A stretch of 64,000 nucleotides of DNA from an uncultured Bacteroidia bacterium (GCA_902776565.1 CACYQN010000007.1:105-64104); one strand, 5' to 3'. Positions 27,115 to 37,751 are shown, counted from the first letter of the stretch. Notes: generated by a model not told the origin, from the letters alone. Numbers and translations are program-made.

Positions 27115-30100
27115 TTACCTTATCAGCATCAGATTTCCCTTCTTCGTCCTGATACTACCGTCGTACATTTCGGCTTCTACATAATATGAATAGGTATCAA
27201 TGTTCTGGACTTTGCCCTTGAGAGTGCCATCCCAACCCCTGTTGAGGTCGTCGGAAAAGAAAACCTCCTCGCCCCAGCGATTGAAAATGCGGAACTGTAG
27301 CAATCGCTTGATACCCAAGCCTCGAACATAGACTATATTATTTCCGTCACCTTCGCTTAGCGGTGTGAATGCTCCCGGCACATCAAGCGAGAAGCGCATA
27401 TCAACATCAATATGTATGTCGAAACGGCTTTCGTAGCAGCCAAGAGTGTCGCTGAGCCACACAACATAGTCGGTGCTTCGGTTAGGGAAGAAATACAAGG
27501 TGTCGCATCCAACGGCAAGTACACTGTCGGTCGGCGACCAGCGGCAGTTCAGCTCACTTTCGGTCAATATAAACGACACAACCGTATCGCCAATGTTTAT
27601 CGAAGCATAATCGGGTTCGACCGAAGCCTCGACTGGCAAAATCACATTCACGGTTACCGAATCGCTTGCCTGGCACATCTTGTCGGAAAAAACATCAACG
27701 CGATAGGTTGTGGTTTCAGTGGGTTTTACGGTCTGCACCGACGAATTGCCATTAATCGGTGCGTCCCAGTGATACGAATCGCCACCCATTACCCACAGAT
27801 TCACATCTTCGCCAAAACATATCACTGTATCGTGGCTTATCAACGGATGCGGACTTGGGAAAAGCACATACTGATGCGAAACACTGTCGTAGCAGTTGTG
27901 CTCGTTGGTTACGGCGAGCGAAATTACAAATGTAGAATCGGAATACGACGGATTTGTCCAATGTACAGGTACTTCCTCGGTGGATGCCCCAAGTCTGCGC
28001 CCATTCTGATACCAACGCCACTGCGCCTCTTCCGACGACTGGTTTACCAATGTTGCCGACAAAGGTTCGCACATTCCCGTTCCATCTGCAATCTCGACGC
28101 TGTCGGCAAACAGACCGAAACGCGCGTCAACCTCATACACATATATCATCTCGGTAATGTCAATGTTGCATTCGCCACTCGCAAGGCTAAGAACCACAGG
28201 GAAATATCCCGACTGCGGCACATAGTCGTAGGTATGCGTAACCGTCGGAGTCGTATAGTTGTAGCCTCCGCCCACAACCCACTGGTACGACTGAACATTC
28301 TGCGCATTAACCATCCGGAATGTAACATCGTCGCCAGCGCAGATTGCCGTATCGCTGATGCTGATTTCGGCAGTAGGTCCGCTAACAAGCACACTTGTAT
28401 TCTTCACCTGCCGACAACCAGACGGCGTTGTCACCACAAGCGAAATATTGTAGTAACCCGGAATATTATATAGGTATTCGGGATTTTCGACATATAGGAT
28501 GTCGCCGTTGCCCATGTTCCACTCGAACGAAGGCTCTGTTCCATCGGGCAGGGCCGTTGCCGACACCGAAAAAGTTGGCTGGACTGGATAGCAGTCGAAA
28601 TTCTGATGCGAAGGCGAAAGGTCTGCCTCAAGGCTCTCTACCCAAACGCCATCGGGATAAGTAATTGAATCGGTACAGCCCAACCCGCCTACGACCTTGA
28701 GCGACACAGGATAACGACCTGGCGCAGAATAATCGTGCGAAACCACAGGTCCGCTGTCGTCCCAAACCTCGCCGTCACCGAAATCCCAAGTGTATGAAAA
28801 ATCGGCATTTGTAACATTTGACGAGAAAACAACCATATTGTCAACGCAAATGCTGTCGTCAAAGTCAACATCAAGGTCGGGAACATCAATAACGTGCAGA
28901 TGGTCCTCGAAACTCTGTCGGTCGATACAGCCGTGCCGAGTGGTAACCATATAATGTATTGAATAGTAGCCAGTATCGGCATATTCGTGCGAAACGGGGT
29001 TGCCATGGATAGTTTCGCCACTCACAAGATTCCACTGCACATCGCCTATAGGGTCGTTGGTATTGGTAAGAATGCACTCAAACTCCACATTGGCAGGGGC
29101 ACAGGCAATCGACGGCGGCGGACTTAATGTCGAAGCGGGGTCAACCACATAAATCGGCAAGGAGTAGATGGATATGCAGCCGTCGCTCTGACGTAATTTT
29201 ACAGTAAGCGTATATTCCCCGCCCTCGTCATACGAATGCACGTGGGAACGGTTCAGAAGAATGTTGTCGAACCATTCAAGCTCGTCGTTCGGAATGTCCT
29301 CGCTCTTCCAGTCGTAGGCTATGCTTACAAATTCAGGAGCCCAATTGTCTATTTCCACAGACATATATTTTCCCATACAAACAGTATCGGGGTCCAAATG
29401 CCACTCAAAAGGAAGCTGATTTATATTGCTACTTAACGACTCCTTAAAGGTACATCCAGAATTGTCGTTATGACCTATAAGTATGCAAGAATATGCACCA
29501 TAATCGGGATATGTATAGTGAAAAACTGGCGATATGGAATGGGGAACATAGCACAATGTATCGGAATCGCTCAATATAATCCACTCCCAGTACTGCGCTC
29601 CGCGATTGTCGGAAATAGTATAGGTAAAGTCAAATGGTGCAGAACAATGCGTATATTGACCGAAATGCAAAATAGGCGGCAGGACATATACCCTGTCCCA
29701 CCAGTATGTTTCGGACTGACAATGCATATACTCCGTATATATTCCGACATTGTTCCAACCAGTATCGGCAGAGAAACTGAAATCATTGTACAAGCCGTTG
29801 GCATTTCCACCATTGCCATCGTTGACCGTAGCAATCACCCACGTGAAATCAATAGTGTCGGAACTTGCATACATAGAATTGTAAAAAAGATACAAATCCT
29901 GCGGACACACGGTGTCTCTATTTATGAAATTGTGCGAAATGTCCATTGCACCAAAATCCTCAGGAGGAATTGGTATTCCAATTTCTATCGAATCGCAAAG
30001 GCCAGAACGTTGGTTAAGTATGCTTGTAGCGGTACAGCCATTACGGTCCGTTATAGTAAGTGTAGGGAAATAAACGCCTTGTTCTGTGTAAGTATGATTC

Positions 30101-31575
30101 ACAGGTGGTGATGAAGTATGAAGAGTTGTCCCATCACCAAAATCCCAAAAGAAATCAACTATTTCGCTGTTCGGCGTATAAAGTACATCGTGGTCGAAAC
30201 TAATTGTTGCAGGAACACAATTGCCACACGAATTTGACATCAAAAAACCTTCGGGATGATTTACAACAATCGTAGGTCCGTCAAACGTATCGTAGCAACC
30301 GGCACTAGTGTAGGCGGTAAATGATGTTTCGTAAATACCATTTTGATTGTATGTTACCTCCGGATTTTCCTCAGAACGCAGATAATTGTCGCCAAGCCCC
30401 ACATCGTATCGGTACGACACATCATCGCCGACGGATGTGTTTGTAAACTGCACTATATAAGGATAATCGCACGAGAAGGTGCCGTCCACCACAAACGAGG
30501 CCTCAACATACTGCACGGTTACCGTAAATGTTTCGGAACGCTCGCAGGGACCGCCAGGGTCGACAGTAAATGTGCCCGTGTATGTGCCTTCGTTCATATA
30601 AGTATGATATGCAATTCGATCGGTCGAAACTGGAGTGCCGTCGCCAAAATTCCACTGGCAGTTGGTTCGCGAAGACATAAGGCTGCGGAAAGCCGTGGAA
30701 ACCTTTCGGCACACTACCGACGGTGCATCGAAGCGCGGGACAAGGGCATCAATCGAAATCATATCGGGATAGACCTGCGTGGTTGAGCATCCGTAGTTGT
30801 CGGTTGCAGTTACGCTAACATCGAAATGCCCGTGAGAATTGTAGGTATGTGTCAGGTTGTCGCCTGTGCCCGTCTGTCCGTCGCCGAAATTCCACGTGAG
30901 CGTATAGCCCGACGAAACGTTTGGCGCAGTTGTAACGCTTGAGACAAATGGCACTTGCAATGGCGGTTCGCACCACTGGTCAACCTCGGGCGTTACCGAA
31001 ACCGTTGGTGCCGACGACACGTTTACCATCTGCGAGAAATGCTCGCCAATGCAGCCGTTTGCATCGGTAACACGGAGCGAAACCGTCAAAAGTCCAGAAT
31101 TAAGGTATGTGTGCGAAGCATTCTGTTCGGTAGATGTGGTTCCGTCGCCCCAATACCACAGCCAGCTTGTAATTGGTGCGTCGCCCTGAGTTGAAAGGTC
31201 GCGAAGCGACACGTCAAACGGAGTACAGCCTGTGAGCGGTGTTTCGTTGAAGCGAGCCTCGGGCGACTGGAAAATCACGATTTCGTGGCTGGCACTTGCA
31301 GTAGCTCCGCTGCTGGTGACGGTTACAGAAACGGTATATGTGCCTCCTTCGAGGTAGGAGAATGTAGGAGTTGGAAGGTGCGACACATCGCCATTGCCCG
31401 ATGACCACGAGTATGCCACATTGGGACCAGCATTGGCTACCTGACAGCCGAAAGTAAGGTTTTGCGGTGAGCATCCGCTGAACGAATCGCCAGTGATGGT
31501 TACGGAAAGCTGCGCTTTTGCGGCAAATGCCGAAAGCAGGAACAATATTGTCAATATGCAGACTTTCCTAAACAT
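27115..31575 (-). CDS. PKD-repeat surface protein with a T9SS type-B (gliding-motility-associated, CHU_C) C-terminal sorting domain, paralog 1
   Basis: There are multiple W-[DN]-[FM]-G-[DN]-G PKD signatures (WNFGDGQTG, WDFGDGTTL, WDFGDGEVW and others). The C-terminus reads FTPLSEGDGNNIVYVRGLGIK..FRIFNRWGEEVFFSDDLNRGWDGT...KKGNLMLIR. I prefer ATG 31575 (MFRKVCILTILFLLSAFAAKAQ) because ATG 31596 lies inside repeat element E2. Confidence 0.85.
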   Translation of the reverse strand: MFRKVCILTILFLLSAFAAKAQLSVTITGDSFSGCSPQNLTFGCQVANAGPNVAYSWSSGNGDVSHLPTPTFSYLEGGTYTVSVTVTSSGATASASHEIVIFQSPEARFNETPLTGCTPFDVSLRDLSTQGDAPITSWLWYWGDGTTSTEQNASHTYLNSGLLTVSLRVTDANGCIGEHFSQMVNVSSAPTVSVTPEVDQWCEPPLQVPFVSSVTTAPNVSSGYTLTWNFGDGQTGTGDNLTHTYNSHGHFDVSVTATDNYGCSTTQVYPDMISIDALVPRFDAPSVVCRKVSTAFRSLMSSRTNCQWNFGDGTPVSTDRIAYHTYMNEGTYTGTFTVDPGGPCERSETFTVTVQYVEASFVVDGTFSCDYPYIVQFTNTSVGDDVSYRYDVGLGDNYLRSEENPEVTYNQNGIYETSFTAYTSAGCYDTFDGPTIVVNHPEGFLMSNSCGNCVPATISFDHDVLYTPNSEIVDFFWDFGDGTTLHTSSPPVNHTYTEQGVYFPTLTITDRNGCTATSILNQRSGLCDSIEIGIPIPPEDFGAMDISHNFINRDTVCPQDLYLFYNSMYASSDTIDFTWVIATVNDGNGGNANGLYNDFSFSADTGWNNVGIYTEYMHCQSETYWWDRVYVLPPILHFGQYTHCSAPFDFTYTISDNRGAQYWEWIILSDSDTLCYVPHSISPVFHYTYPDYGAYSCILIGHNDNSGCTFKESLSSNINQLPFEWHLDPDTVCMGKYMSVEIDNWAPEFVSIAYDWKSEDIPNDELEWFDNILLNRSHVHSYDEGGEYTLTVKLRQSDGCISIYSLPIYVVDPASTLSPPPSIACAPANVEFECILTNTNDPIGDVQWNLVSGETIHGNPVSHEYADTGYYSIHYMVTTRHGCIDRQSFEDHLHVIDVPDLDVDFDDSICVDNMVVFSSNVTNADFSYTWDFGDGEVWDDSGPVVSHDYSAPGRYPVSLKVVGGLGCTDSITYPDGVWVESLEADLSPSHQNFDCYPVQPTFSVSATALPDGTEPSFEWNMGNGDILYVENPEYLYNIPGYYNISLVVTTPSGCRQVKNTSVLVSGPTAEISISDTAICAGDDVTFRMVNAQNVQSYQWVVGGGYNYTTPTVTHTYDYVPQSGYFPVVLSLASGECNIDITEMIYVYEVDARFGLFADSVEIADGTGMCEPLSATLVNQSSEEAQWRWYQNGRRLGASTEEVPVHWTNPSYSDSTFVISLAVTNEHNCYDSVSHQYVLFPSPHPLISHDTVICFGEDVNLWVMGGDSYHWDAPINGNSSVQTVKPTETTTYRVDVFSDKMCQASDSVTVNVILPVEASVEPDYASINIGDTVVSFILTESELNCRWSPTDSVLAVGCDTLYFFPNRSTDYVVWLSDTLGCYESRFDIHIDVDMRFSLDVPGAFTPLSEGDGNNIVYVRGLGIKRLLQFRIFNRWGEEVFFSDDLNRGWDGTLKGKVQNIDTYSYYVEAEMYDGSIRTKKGNLMLIR

Positions 31576-31591
31576 AATTTCTTTTTTTTCA

Positions 31592-31785
31592 GTCATTCCG
31601 CAACCTTTAGCTCACGCAGCGAAGCAAGTAAAACAGAACGAACAGGCGTAGGTACGAGCCTTGTGAGTTCGTTTGTGCGGAATCTCCCTTGTGTACTAAT
31701 GGGAGATTTCGGATAGGTTAATTCACTCAGCTCTCCTTTAAGTATCGCTGGTTCATTATACCTTCCGAAATGACGTTCTCTTTTA
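31592..31785. repeat. Structured intergenic element E, copy 2
   Basis: It has the same blocks and orientation as 9018-9183. It also carries a ~30-nt insertion (31600-31633) that contains the CCTTTAGCTC..GCGAAGC motif also seen at 5142-5689. The internal hairpin is at 31679-31710. Confidence 0.75.
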
Positions 31786-31807
31786 TTTTGTTTAGTTAAC
31801 ATAATAT

Positions 31808-32998
31808 TTACCTCTCCACAAATACCATATAATACCAGTCGTATGGGTCGCCAACACCTACGCTTGGTTGGTACAGAAATACAGCAACCTTCTTCGATGT
31901 CTGCTCATAGTACGACATAAATTCCTCTTGTGACGAAAGTGTTTGCCAGATATAGCCCAAATCATTATCCGACTCGTCAACATCTTGCACATAATTTCCA
32001 TCAGCATCTATGTACGAAATTCTGTCGCTCGGGAATGACAGACCGCGTTTCATTAATGTTTCTGGAAAATTAAGTGCACCGCATCCAGCCCATATAATTG
32101 AACCGTCCATTAGCAGATTGCTTTCGTCGTGGTAGTATAGTTTTATGTAACCGAAATCGCTGGGAGACATATATTCTGCAAGGAAAGGAATTTCGTTTCC
32201 TTCGTTCTGCTTGTTAGTAACATTCATAGAATAGAAACCGCCGTACTCGAATGACATATAATCAACTTTTGCAATGAGAATGTCCTTGCCCAAATATTCA
32301 TCTGTGAGGTTTACTGTAGGGACTTCAGGAAGCGGATTGTTTACACGCTCGTTGATAATCTGCATATAAACCGATGGATTCCATTGTCCGTATCTCAAAT
32401 GCAAACTATATTTGTATGCCTGACTGTCATTTGCTGAAAACGTAAAACTAATATTATCAGAAGATGGGTCAACCGATTCCAATGCCTCCAAAATTTGTTC
32501 GGGTGTATCAACATACTGATATCCATTATTACCATTTCTCATAGAATAACTTTCCCTGACCAACAATGGATATGAACTGGAGTGTAATATCTCTAAAAGC
32601 CATTTCTTAAAAATTGCCGACAATGTATCAATGTCACTGCTTTCTAATTTCATCTCTACGTTAGGGACCCTATCGTCATATCCAAAATGTACAAACAAAT
32701 ATTTTGATATGCTGTCAACCCTTGTGTCTGTGTATTTTGCACTAAGATTGTTGTTGTATTCGCACTCCTCGTAGCCGTTTGCTGTCAAATAATCATTATA
32801 TGCAGTAACTTCCATGCCTATCAACGATTTCAAAAACACAAAGTCTCCACCATCGGTTTCGTATTCCTGCAAGGTGTTTCTTGCATTTCTTACAATTGCG
32901 TTCTCGTCTTCGTCAAACTGAATACGCTCGCACGATGAGAATGAAAAGGCAAACGCGATTCCGAAAAGGATTACTGATAATTTAATGTTCGCTTTCAT
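31808..32998 (-). CDS. Lipoprotein of unknown function
   Basis: A 396-aa ORF with a lipobox-like signal peptide (AFAFSFSSC). A TATCTTTG box lies about 35 nt upstream on the minus strand. Confidence 0.6.
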   Translation of the reverse strand: MKANIKLSVILFGIAFAFSFSSCERIQFDEDENAIVRNARNTLQEYETDGGDFVFLKSLIGMEVTAYNDYLTANGYEECEYNNNLSAKYTDTRVDSISKYLFVHFGYDDRVPNVEMKLESSDIDTLSAIFKKWLLEILHSSSYPLLVRESYSMRNGNNGYQYVDTPEQILEALESVDPSSDNISFTFSANDSQAYKYSLHLRYGQWNPSVYMQIINERVNNPLPEVPTVNLTDEYLGKDILIAKVDYMSFEYGGFYSMNVTNKQNEGNEIPFLAEYMSPSDFGYIKLYYHDESNLLMDGSIIWAGCGALNFPETLMKRGLSFPSDRISYIDADGNYVQDVDESDNDLGYIWQTLSSQEEFMSYYEQTSKKVAVFLYQPSVGVGDPYDWYYMVFVER

Positions 32999-33141
32999 AT
33001 TACAAATTTTAGGTTAATTCGTTACAAAGATAATCAATAAAATTTATGTAGGAAAAAAAACATCATAAACATTACAAATCGTTTTGTTAACATACATTTT
33101 CCTATTCTTTCGTTTCTACTTTTATTTCAACATTTCTTAAT

Positions 33142-33164
33142 GACGTTGCACGCAACGTCTCTAC
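33142..33164 (-). repeat. REP-like element (GTAG plus an 8-bp-stem hairpin), 2 nt downstream of the PKD paralog 2 stop
   Basis: The minus strand reads GTAGA GACGTTGC GT GCAACGTC. Confidence 0.6.
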
Positions 33165-33166
33165 AA

Positions 33167-36100
33167 TTATTTAATCAACACCACATTCCCCTTTTTTGTC
33201 TTTACACTTCCGTCAAACATTTCGGCCTCGACATAATACGAATATGTGTCCTGATTCTGCACAACTCCGCCTATTGTTCCGTCCCAGCCAGTATGCAGGT
33301 CGTCGGTGAAGAAAACCTCCTCGCCCCAGCGGTTGAAAATGCGGAACTGGCGCAACTGCTTTATGCCAAGCCCTCGCACATACACCACATTGTTGCCGTC
33401 GCCTTCGCTCAACGGCGTAAACGCCGACGGTACATCAAGCGTAAGTTTCATATCCACATCAACATAAATATTGAAACTCTTTTCGGAGCAACCGAGAGTG
33501 TCCCGTAAAACGAGCGTAAAACTGGTGTTCTCAAGCGGAAACATCCTGATTGAATCGCAATTCCCTGACAAAGAGTATTCCTCCGGCGAAACATAACATT
33601 CCAATCCGCTATCGGCAACTACAACAGACACAGCCGTATCGCCCACATTTATGGCAAACGACTGCCCGTCAATTTCCGCGTCAAAGCCTTGCATTATATC
33701 GACCATAACCGAATCCAATTTCATACATCCTTTCTCGCTAAACGTATAAACATAGTAAATGGTTGCCTCGTTTGGCGAAATTTTTTGAATTTGTGCACTG
33801 TCGCCTATTGGAAGCTCCCAGTAGTAAGCACTTCCGCCAGTCGCTGAAATCTGCGCTTCTCCTCCCATGCAAATCAAGGTATCGCCAAAGGTTTGTGCAT
33901 CGGGAAGTCTATAAACCAGATAGTTGTGCGAAATACTATCGACACAGCCTAACGAATCGGTGACCGTCAGCGAAACCACATTCAGCGAATCAACCAGCGA
34001 AGAAGAATTTGTCCACGACACCGAATTTTCAGTCACCTCCACTCCGTTCACAAACCAATGCCTTTCAACACTATCGTCGCCAAAATACGACAGGTTTCCC
34101 TCCAACGGCGAACACATGCCTTCTTCTATAGTACTCCCATTCCGGTCGGTAAGGTTGAAATCGGCAGAAATCCTATACACATACACCTGCTCTGTAAAGT
34201 CAACAGTACAATTCCCGTTTTGCAGAGACAAGGTCACAGGGAAATATCCCGACTGCGGAACATAGCCGTAAGTGTGGGTAACTTCTGACATATTGGCATA
34301 GCTGTCGCCACCGCCCACAACCCACACGAAACTCTCTACATTTACGGCATCGGTCATCGAGAAATGCACACTGCCACCAGCACAGACAATGGTATCGCTG
34401 AGCGAAATGTCGGCTTCGGGACCAGTGATAGTAATCTGTTGCGAAGCCGTTGCCCGACATCCGCCAAAAGTTGTCAGTTCTAGGTTTATATCGTAAATGC
34501 CAGGTGCGGTATAAAGGTACTGCGGATTTGCCACATGCACGACATCACCGTTGCCCATATCCCAGTTGTAGCGAAGGCTTGCATTGCTTGGCTCCGTTTC
34601 AATGCTTGTGCGTATGGTCGGGCTTACAGGATAGCAGTTGTATGCCGAACTGTCGATTGTAAAATTAGCCGAAACGATTCGTTCGATGCTTATGCAGTCT
34701 TCGCACGGAAGGGTATCGCCGCAAACAGCTCCTTCCTCGCCACGCACCGAAACAATATGCGTAAACGAGTAAACGCCAGTCTGTTCGTACAAATGTGTGA
34801 CAGTGCTGTTTGTCCCGGAAATAGTCGTGCCGTCACCAAAATCCCATTCGTGCCAAATGGAGTTGTCCGACTCGTCCGACACGAATGTCTGCGAAGTGCC
34901 AAAACAGGCCATTGGTGTAAAATCGACATAGGCGTATGGAAAATCGAGGACTTTCACCCTTTCGCGGAAAGTTGCCGAAAACGAGCATCCGTGCCGAGTC
35001 ATAAGTTCCAGAGAAACATCATAAACACCAGCTCCTGCGTAAGTATGCGTGACATTTTCACCCGAAGCGGAAGCCGTGCCGTCGCCAAAGTTCCATGTTG
35101 CCAAATAAATGGGGTCGTCGGTGCCAGTGATGTTATGAAACTCGAAAGTCGCTGGCGCACAGCCAACAACAAGACTTTCAGGAGAGATGCCCGACTGCGG
35201 GTCAACCACATACAACTGCTTGGTAAACACCGAGATGCATCCGTCGTGCTGACGTGCGTATGCTATAACTTCGTAGTCGCCACCGCGTTCGTAGAAATGG
35301 CGGTCATCGGTAATGCCATTGATTTGAATCCACTCTAGCTGGTCTGTCGGCACTCCGCTACCCTCCCAGTCGAAAGCGACTTCGGCAAATGCTGGTGCAT
35401 TAAGGACTACTGCCGTAAGCCTGTTTACAAGGCAAAGAGTGTCGGTCGAGATTTCCCAGTTAAATATAGGCGGCATAATGTCGCACACTATTTCCTGTTC
35501 ATATTCGCAACCCGCCCCATCGTTGTGGGCGATAACATTGCAACGGTAATGTCCGTAACCGGGAAAGACTATCGAAATCGAATCGGCAGTGGAATGGCTA
35601 ACATCCATTATCCTGTTGCTATTGTCGTTGTTCCATATATGCCACTCCCAGTATTCAGCGCCAAGGTTTTCTGTCAGCTTGAACGAATATACAAACGGTG
35701 CGGAACAGTCGTTGTACGATGCAACATGAATTATAGGCGGCTTCACATAGATGCTGTCCCACAATTGCACAGGCGACTGGCAGTTGCGGTACTCGACCAT
35801 AAAGCCGACCTTGTTCCAGCCCGTATCCACCCTGAACATATATTGCCTATATTCGGCATTGGAATTTACCTCCCAAGTCTTGCCGCCAGAGTTCATCACA
35901 AAGAAAAAGTCATATTCCTCGGAACTTCCAGCCATCGAATTGTAAAGATATGCCACATCGAGCGGACAAAGCGTATCGCGTGGAATAAAATTGTGCATGG
36001 CATCGGTCACTCCGAATTGCTCGGGCGAAACCTGATTTCCAGTCATTATGCCATTGGGACGTTCGCGCAACTGGCTTGTGGCCGTACAGCCCGATGTGTC

Positions 36101-37642
36101 GGTAATTGTGAGCGTAGGGAAAAAAGTGCCAAACTCAGTATATTCGTGCGAAACCGAAGGTTCGGTGGTATGCATAGAGGTGCCGTCGCCAAAATTCCAT
36201 AAGAAATCCACCACAGCCGAATTGCTTGTATAGTCCGAACTGTTATAAAATCCAACCGTTGCCGGCACACAACCGCCGTCGGTTGTGGAATGAAGTGCCG
36301 CATCGGGTTGGTTGACAACGATTTCCGGTCCAGTGAACCTCGAAACACAACCTCCGGGCGAAGTTACGGTAAGCGTTGGCGTGAATCTGCCGTTCTGTGT
36401 GTACGAATGCGACATAAAGTCGTGGAATCCAAGGTAATTGTCACCAAAATTATAAGTATAAGAAAGGTTTTCGCCAACCGAATTACTTATAAACCTGACC
36501 TCGAAAGGAAAAGTACACGAAAACAAATCTGCCGGGTCGGTGTAGAACGAAGCCCGCACATCGACCACCTCGACATCGAAAACCTGAGTCTGACGGCAAG
36601 GTCCGTCAGGGTCAACAGTGAACGAAATGGAATAATTTCCCACCTGCGAGTACGAATGGCTTGCCACAGAACCCGACTGCACAGGAGTACCGTCACCAAA
36701 GTCCCACAAACAATGTATGTCGTCATCCACATCGCTACGGAACGAAAAAGGCATATTGAGGCACATCTCGGCAGGCACATTACAGCTTGGAGTGATAGTT
36801 CCTATTGCCACCATGTTGTTTTCCCTCACAACAGTTCGGCAGCCATACGAATCCTCCACCGTAAGCGAGACATCGTAGCTACCTGTACTTTCGTATGTGT
36901 GCGAAGGGTTGTCCTCGTTGCTTGTCGAGCCGTCGCCAAAGTCCCAAGTTGCTGTGTATGAACCACCAAGCCCCACATCTGTGGAAATTTCCGACGAAAA
37001 GTCAACCTCGTGTGGAGCAACGCACCATTGTGCATCGTTGGCACTAATTGACACATCGGGACGCTTCGAGAGAGTAAGCATCTGCGAATGGTACTCGTCG
37101 CGGCAGCCGTTGGCGTCGGTGACTTCGAGCGACACCGTATATATTCCCGGCGATGTATATCCATGAGCCCGGTTGCGTCCTTGTGCCGAAACACCATCGC
37201 CAAAATACCACAGCCAATTGGTTATTTCGGCATCGCCAGCAGTAGAACTGCTCTGAAACAAATATGATTTCGGGACGCACCCGACAATGGAACTATCGTT
37301 GAACGAAGCCGTAGGTCCGTTGAATATCACCACTTCGCGTGTTGCTGTTGCTGCATGACCGTTGCTTTCCACCGTAAGCGAAAGATTGTAACGCCCCGAC
37401 GAAATGTATGAAAACGTAGGTTCTGCAAGCAACGACACATCGCCGTTTCCCGACGACCACGAATAAGTCACCGTTCCTTCCGCACCAGTAACATCACACC
37501 CGAAAGTAAGAATCTGAGGCGCACAGCCACTGAATGTTCCAGTTATAGAAACGGAGAGTTGCGCCTTAATCGCCATCTGCAACAGAATGGCAACGAGTAA
37601 CAGCGTTATGTATTTTATTATTTTAGAAATGCCACCTTCCAT
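33167..37642 (-). CDS. PKD-repeat surface protein with a T9SS type-B C-terminal sorting domain, paralog 2
   Basis: It has the same architecture as 27115-31575 and is collinear with it, with extensive shared blocks by eye (AQLSV.ITG..SGC.PQ.LTFGC, WLWY.GDG). The C-terminus reads FTPLSEGDGNNVVYVRGLGIKQLRQFRIFNRWGEEVFFTDDL. The track start at 37696 is a GTG, so I prefer ATG 37642 (MEGGISKIIKYITLLLVAILL). Confidence 0.85.
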   Translation of the reverse strand: MEGGISKIIKYITLLLVAILLQMAIKAQLSVSITGTFSGCAPQILTFGCDVTGAEGTVTYSWSSGNGDVSLLAEPTFSYISSGRYNLSLTVESNGHAATATREVVIFNGPTASFNDSSIVGCVPKSYLFQSSSTAGDAEITNWLWYFGDGVSAQGRNRAHGYTSPGIYTVSLEVTDANGCRDEYHSQMLTLSKRPDVSISANDAQWCVAPHEVDFSSEISTDVGLGGSYTATWDFGDGSTSNEDNPSHTYESTGSYDVSLTVEDSYGCRTVVRENNMVAIGTITPSCNVPAEMCLNMPFSFRSDVDDDIHCLWDFGDGTPVQSGSVASHSYSQVGNYSISFTVDPDGPCRQTQVFDVEVVDVRASFYTDPADLFSCTFPFEVRFISNSVGENLSYTYNFGDNYLGFHDFMSHSYTQNGRFTPTLTVTSPGGCVSRFTGPEIVVNQPDAALHSTTDGGCVPATVGFYNSSDYTSNSAVVDFLWNFGDGTSMHTTEPSVSHEYTEFGTFFPTLTITDTSGCTATSQLRERPNGIMTGNQVSPEQFGVTDAMHNFIPRDTLCPLDVAYLYNSMAGSSEEYDFFFVMNSGGKTWEVNSNAEYRQYMFRVDTGWNKVGFMVEYRNCQSPVQLWDSIYVKPPIIHVASYNDCSAPFVYSFKLTENLGAEYWEWHIWNNDNSNRIMDVSHSTADSISIVFPGYGHYRCNVIAHNDGAGCEYEQEIVCDIMPPIFNWEISTDTLCLVNRLTAVVLNAPAFAEVAFDWEGSGVPTDQLEWIQINGITDDRHFYERGGDYEVIAYARQHDGCISVFTKQLYVVDPQSGISPESLVVGCAPATFEFHNITGTDDPIYLATWNFGDGTASASGENVTHTYAGAGVYDVSLELMTRHGCSFSATFRERVKVLDFPYAYVDFTPMACFGTSQTFVSDESDNSIWHEWDFGDGTTISGTNSTVTHLYEQTGVYSFTHIVSVRGEEGAVCGDTLPCEDCISIERIVSANFTIDSSAYNCYPVSPTIRTSIETEPSNASLRYNWDMGNGDVVHVANPQYLYTAPGIYDINLELTTFGGCRATASQQITITGPEADISLSDTIVCAGGSVHFSMTDAVNVESFVWVVGGGDSYANMSEVTHTYGYVPQSGYFPVTLSLQNGNCTVDFTEQVYVYRISADFNLTDRNGSTIEEGMCSPLEGNLSYFGDDSVERHWFVNGVEVTENSVSWTNSSSLVDSLNVVSLTVTDSLGCVDSISHNYLVYRLPDAQTFGDTLICMGGEAQISATGGSAYYWELPIGDSAQIQKISPNEATIYYVYTFSEKGCMKLDSVMVDIMQGFDAEIDGQSFAINVGDTAVSVVVADSGLECYVSPEEYSLSGNCDSIRMFPLENTSFTLVLRDTLGCSEKSFNIYVDVDMKLTLDVPSAFTPLSEGDGNNVVYVRGLGIKQLRQFRIFNRWGEEVFFTDDLHTGWDGTIGGVVQNQDTYSYYVEAEMFDGSVKTKKGNVVLIK

Positions 37643-37751
37643 GCTTCGCTTTGTTTTTTTGTAATGACAACCAAAAATACAAAATCGTTGCCTCACAAAA
37701 TCGTTTTAACAAAAATTTAACACAATTATAACGATTCAAAATTTGATGATT

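Noticed and set aside
27412-28473. A 353-aa plus-strand ORF, together with similar long ORFs at 29470-30111, 30343-30786, 34535-35338, 35525-36202 and 36290-36961
   Set aside because: All are antisense to the two PKD genes, which have clear domain signatures. The products are Arg/Ile/His-rich and lack motifs. Long antisense ORFs are expected opposite genes with this codon bias.
31593-31802. A 69-aa ORF overlapping the annotated start of PKD paralog 1
   Set aside because: The reasoning is the same as for 8982-9200, because this ORF is element E copy 2. The ATG at 31596 of the long PKD ORF lies inside the element, so I moved the PKD start to ATG 31575.
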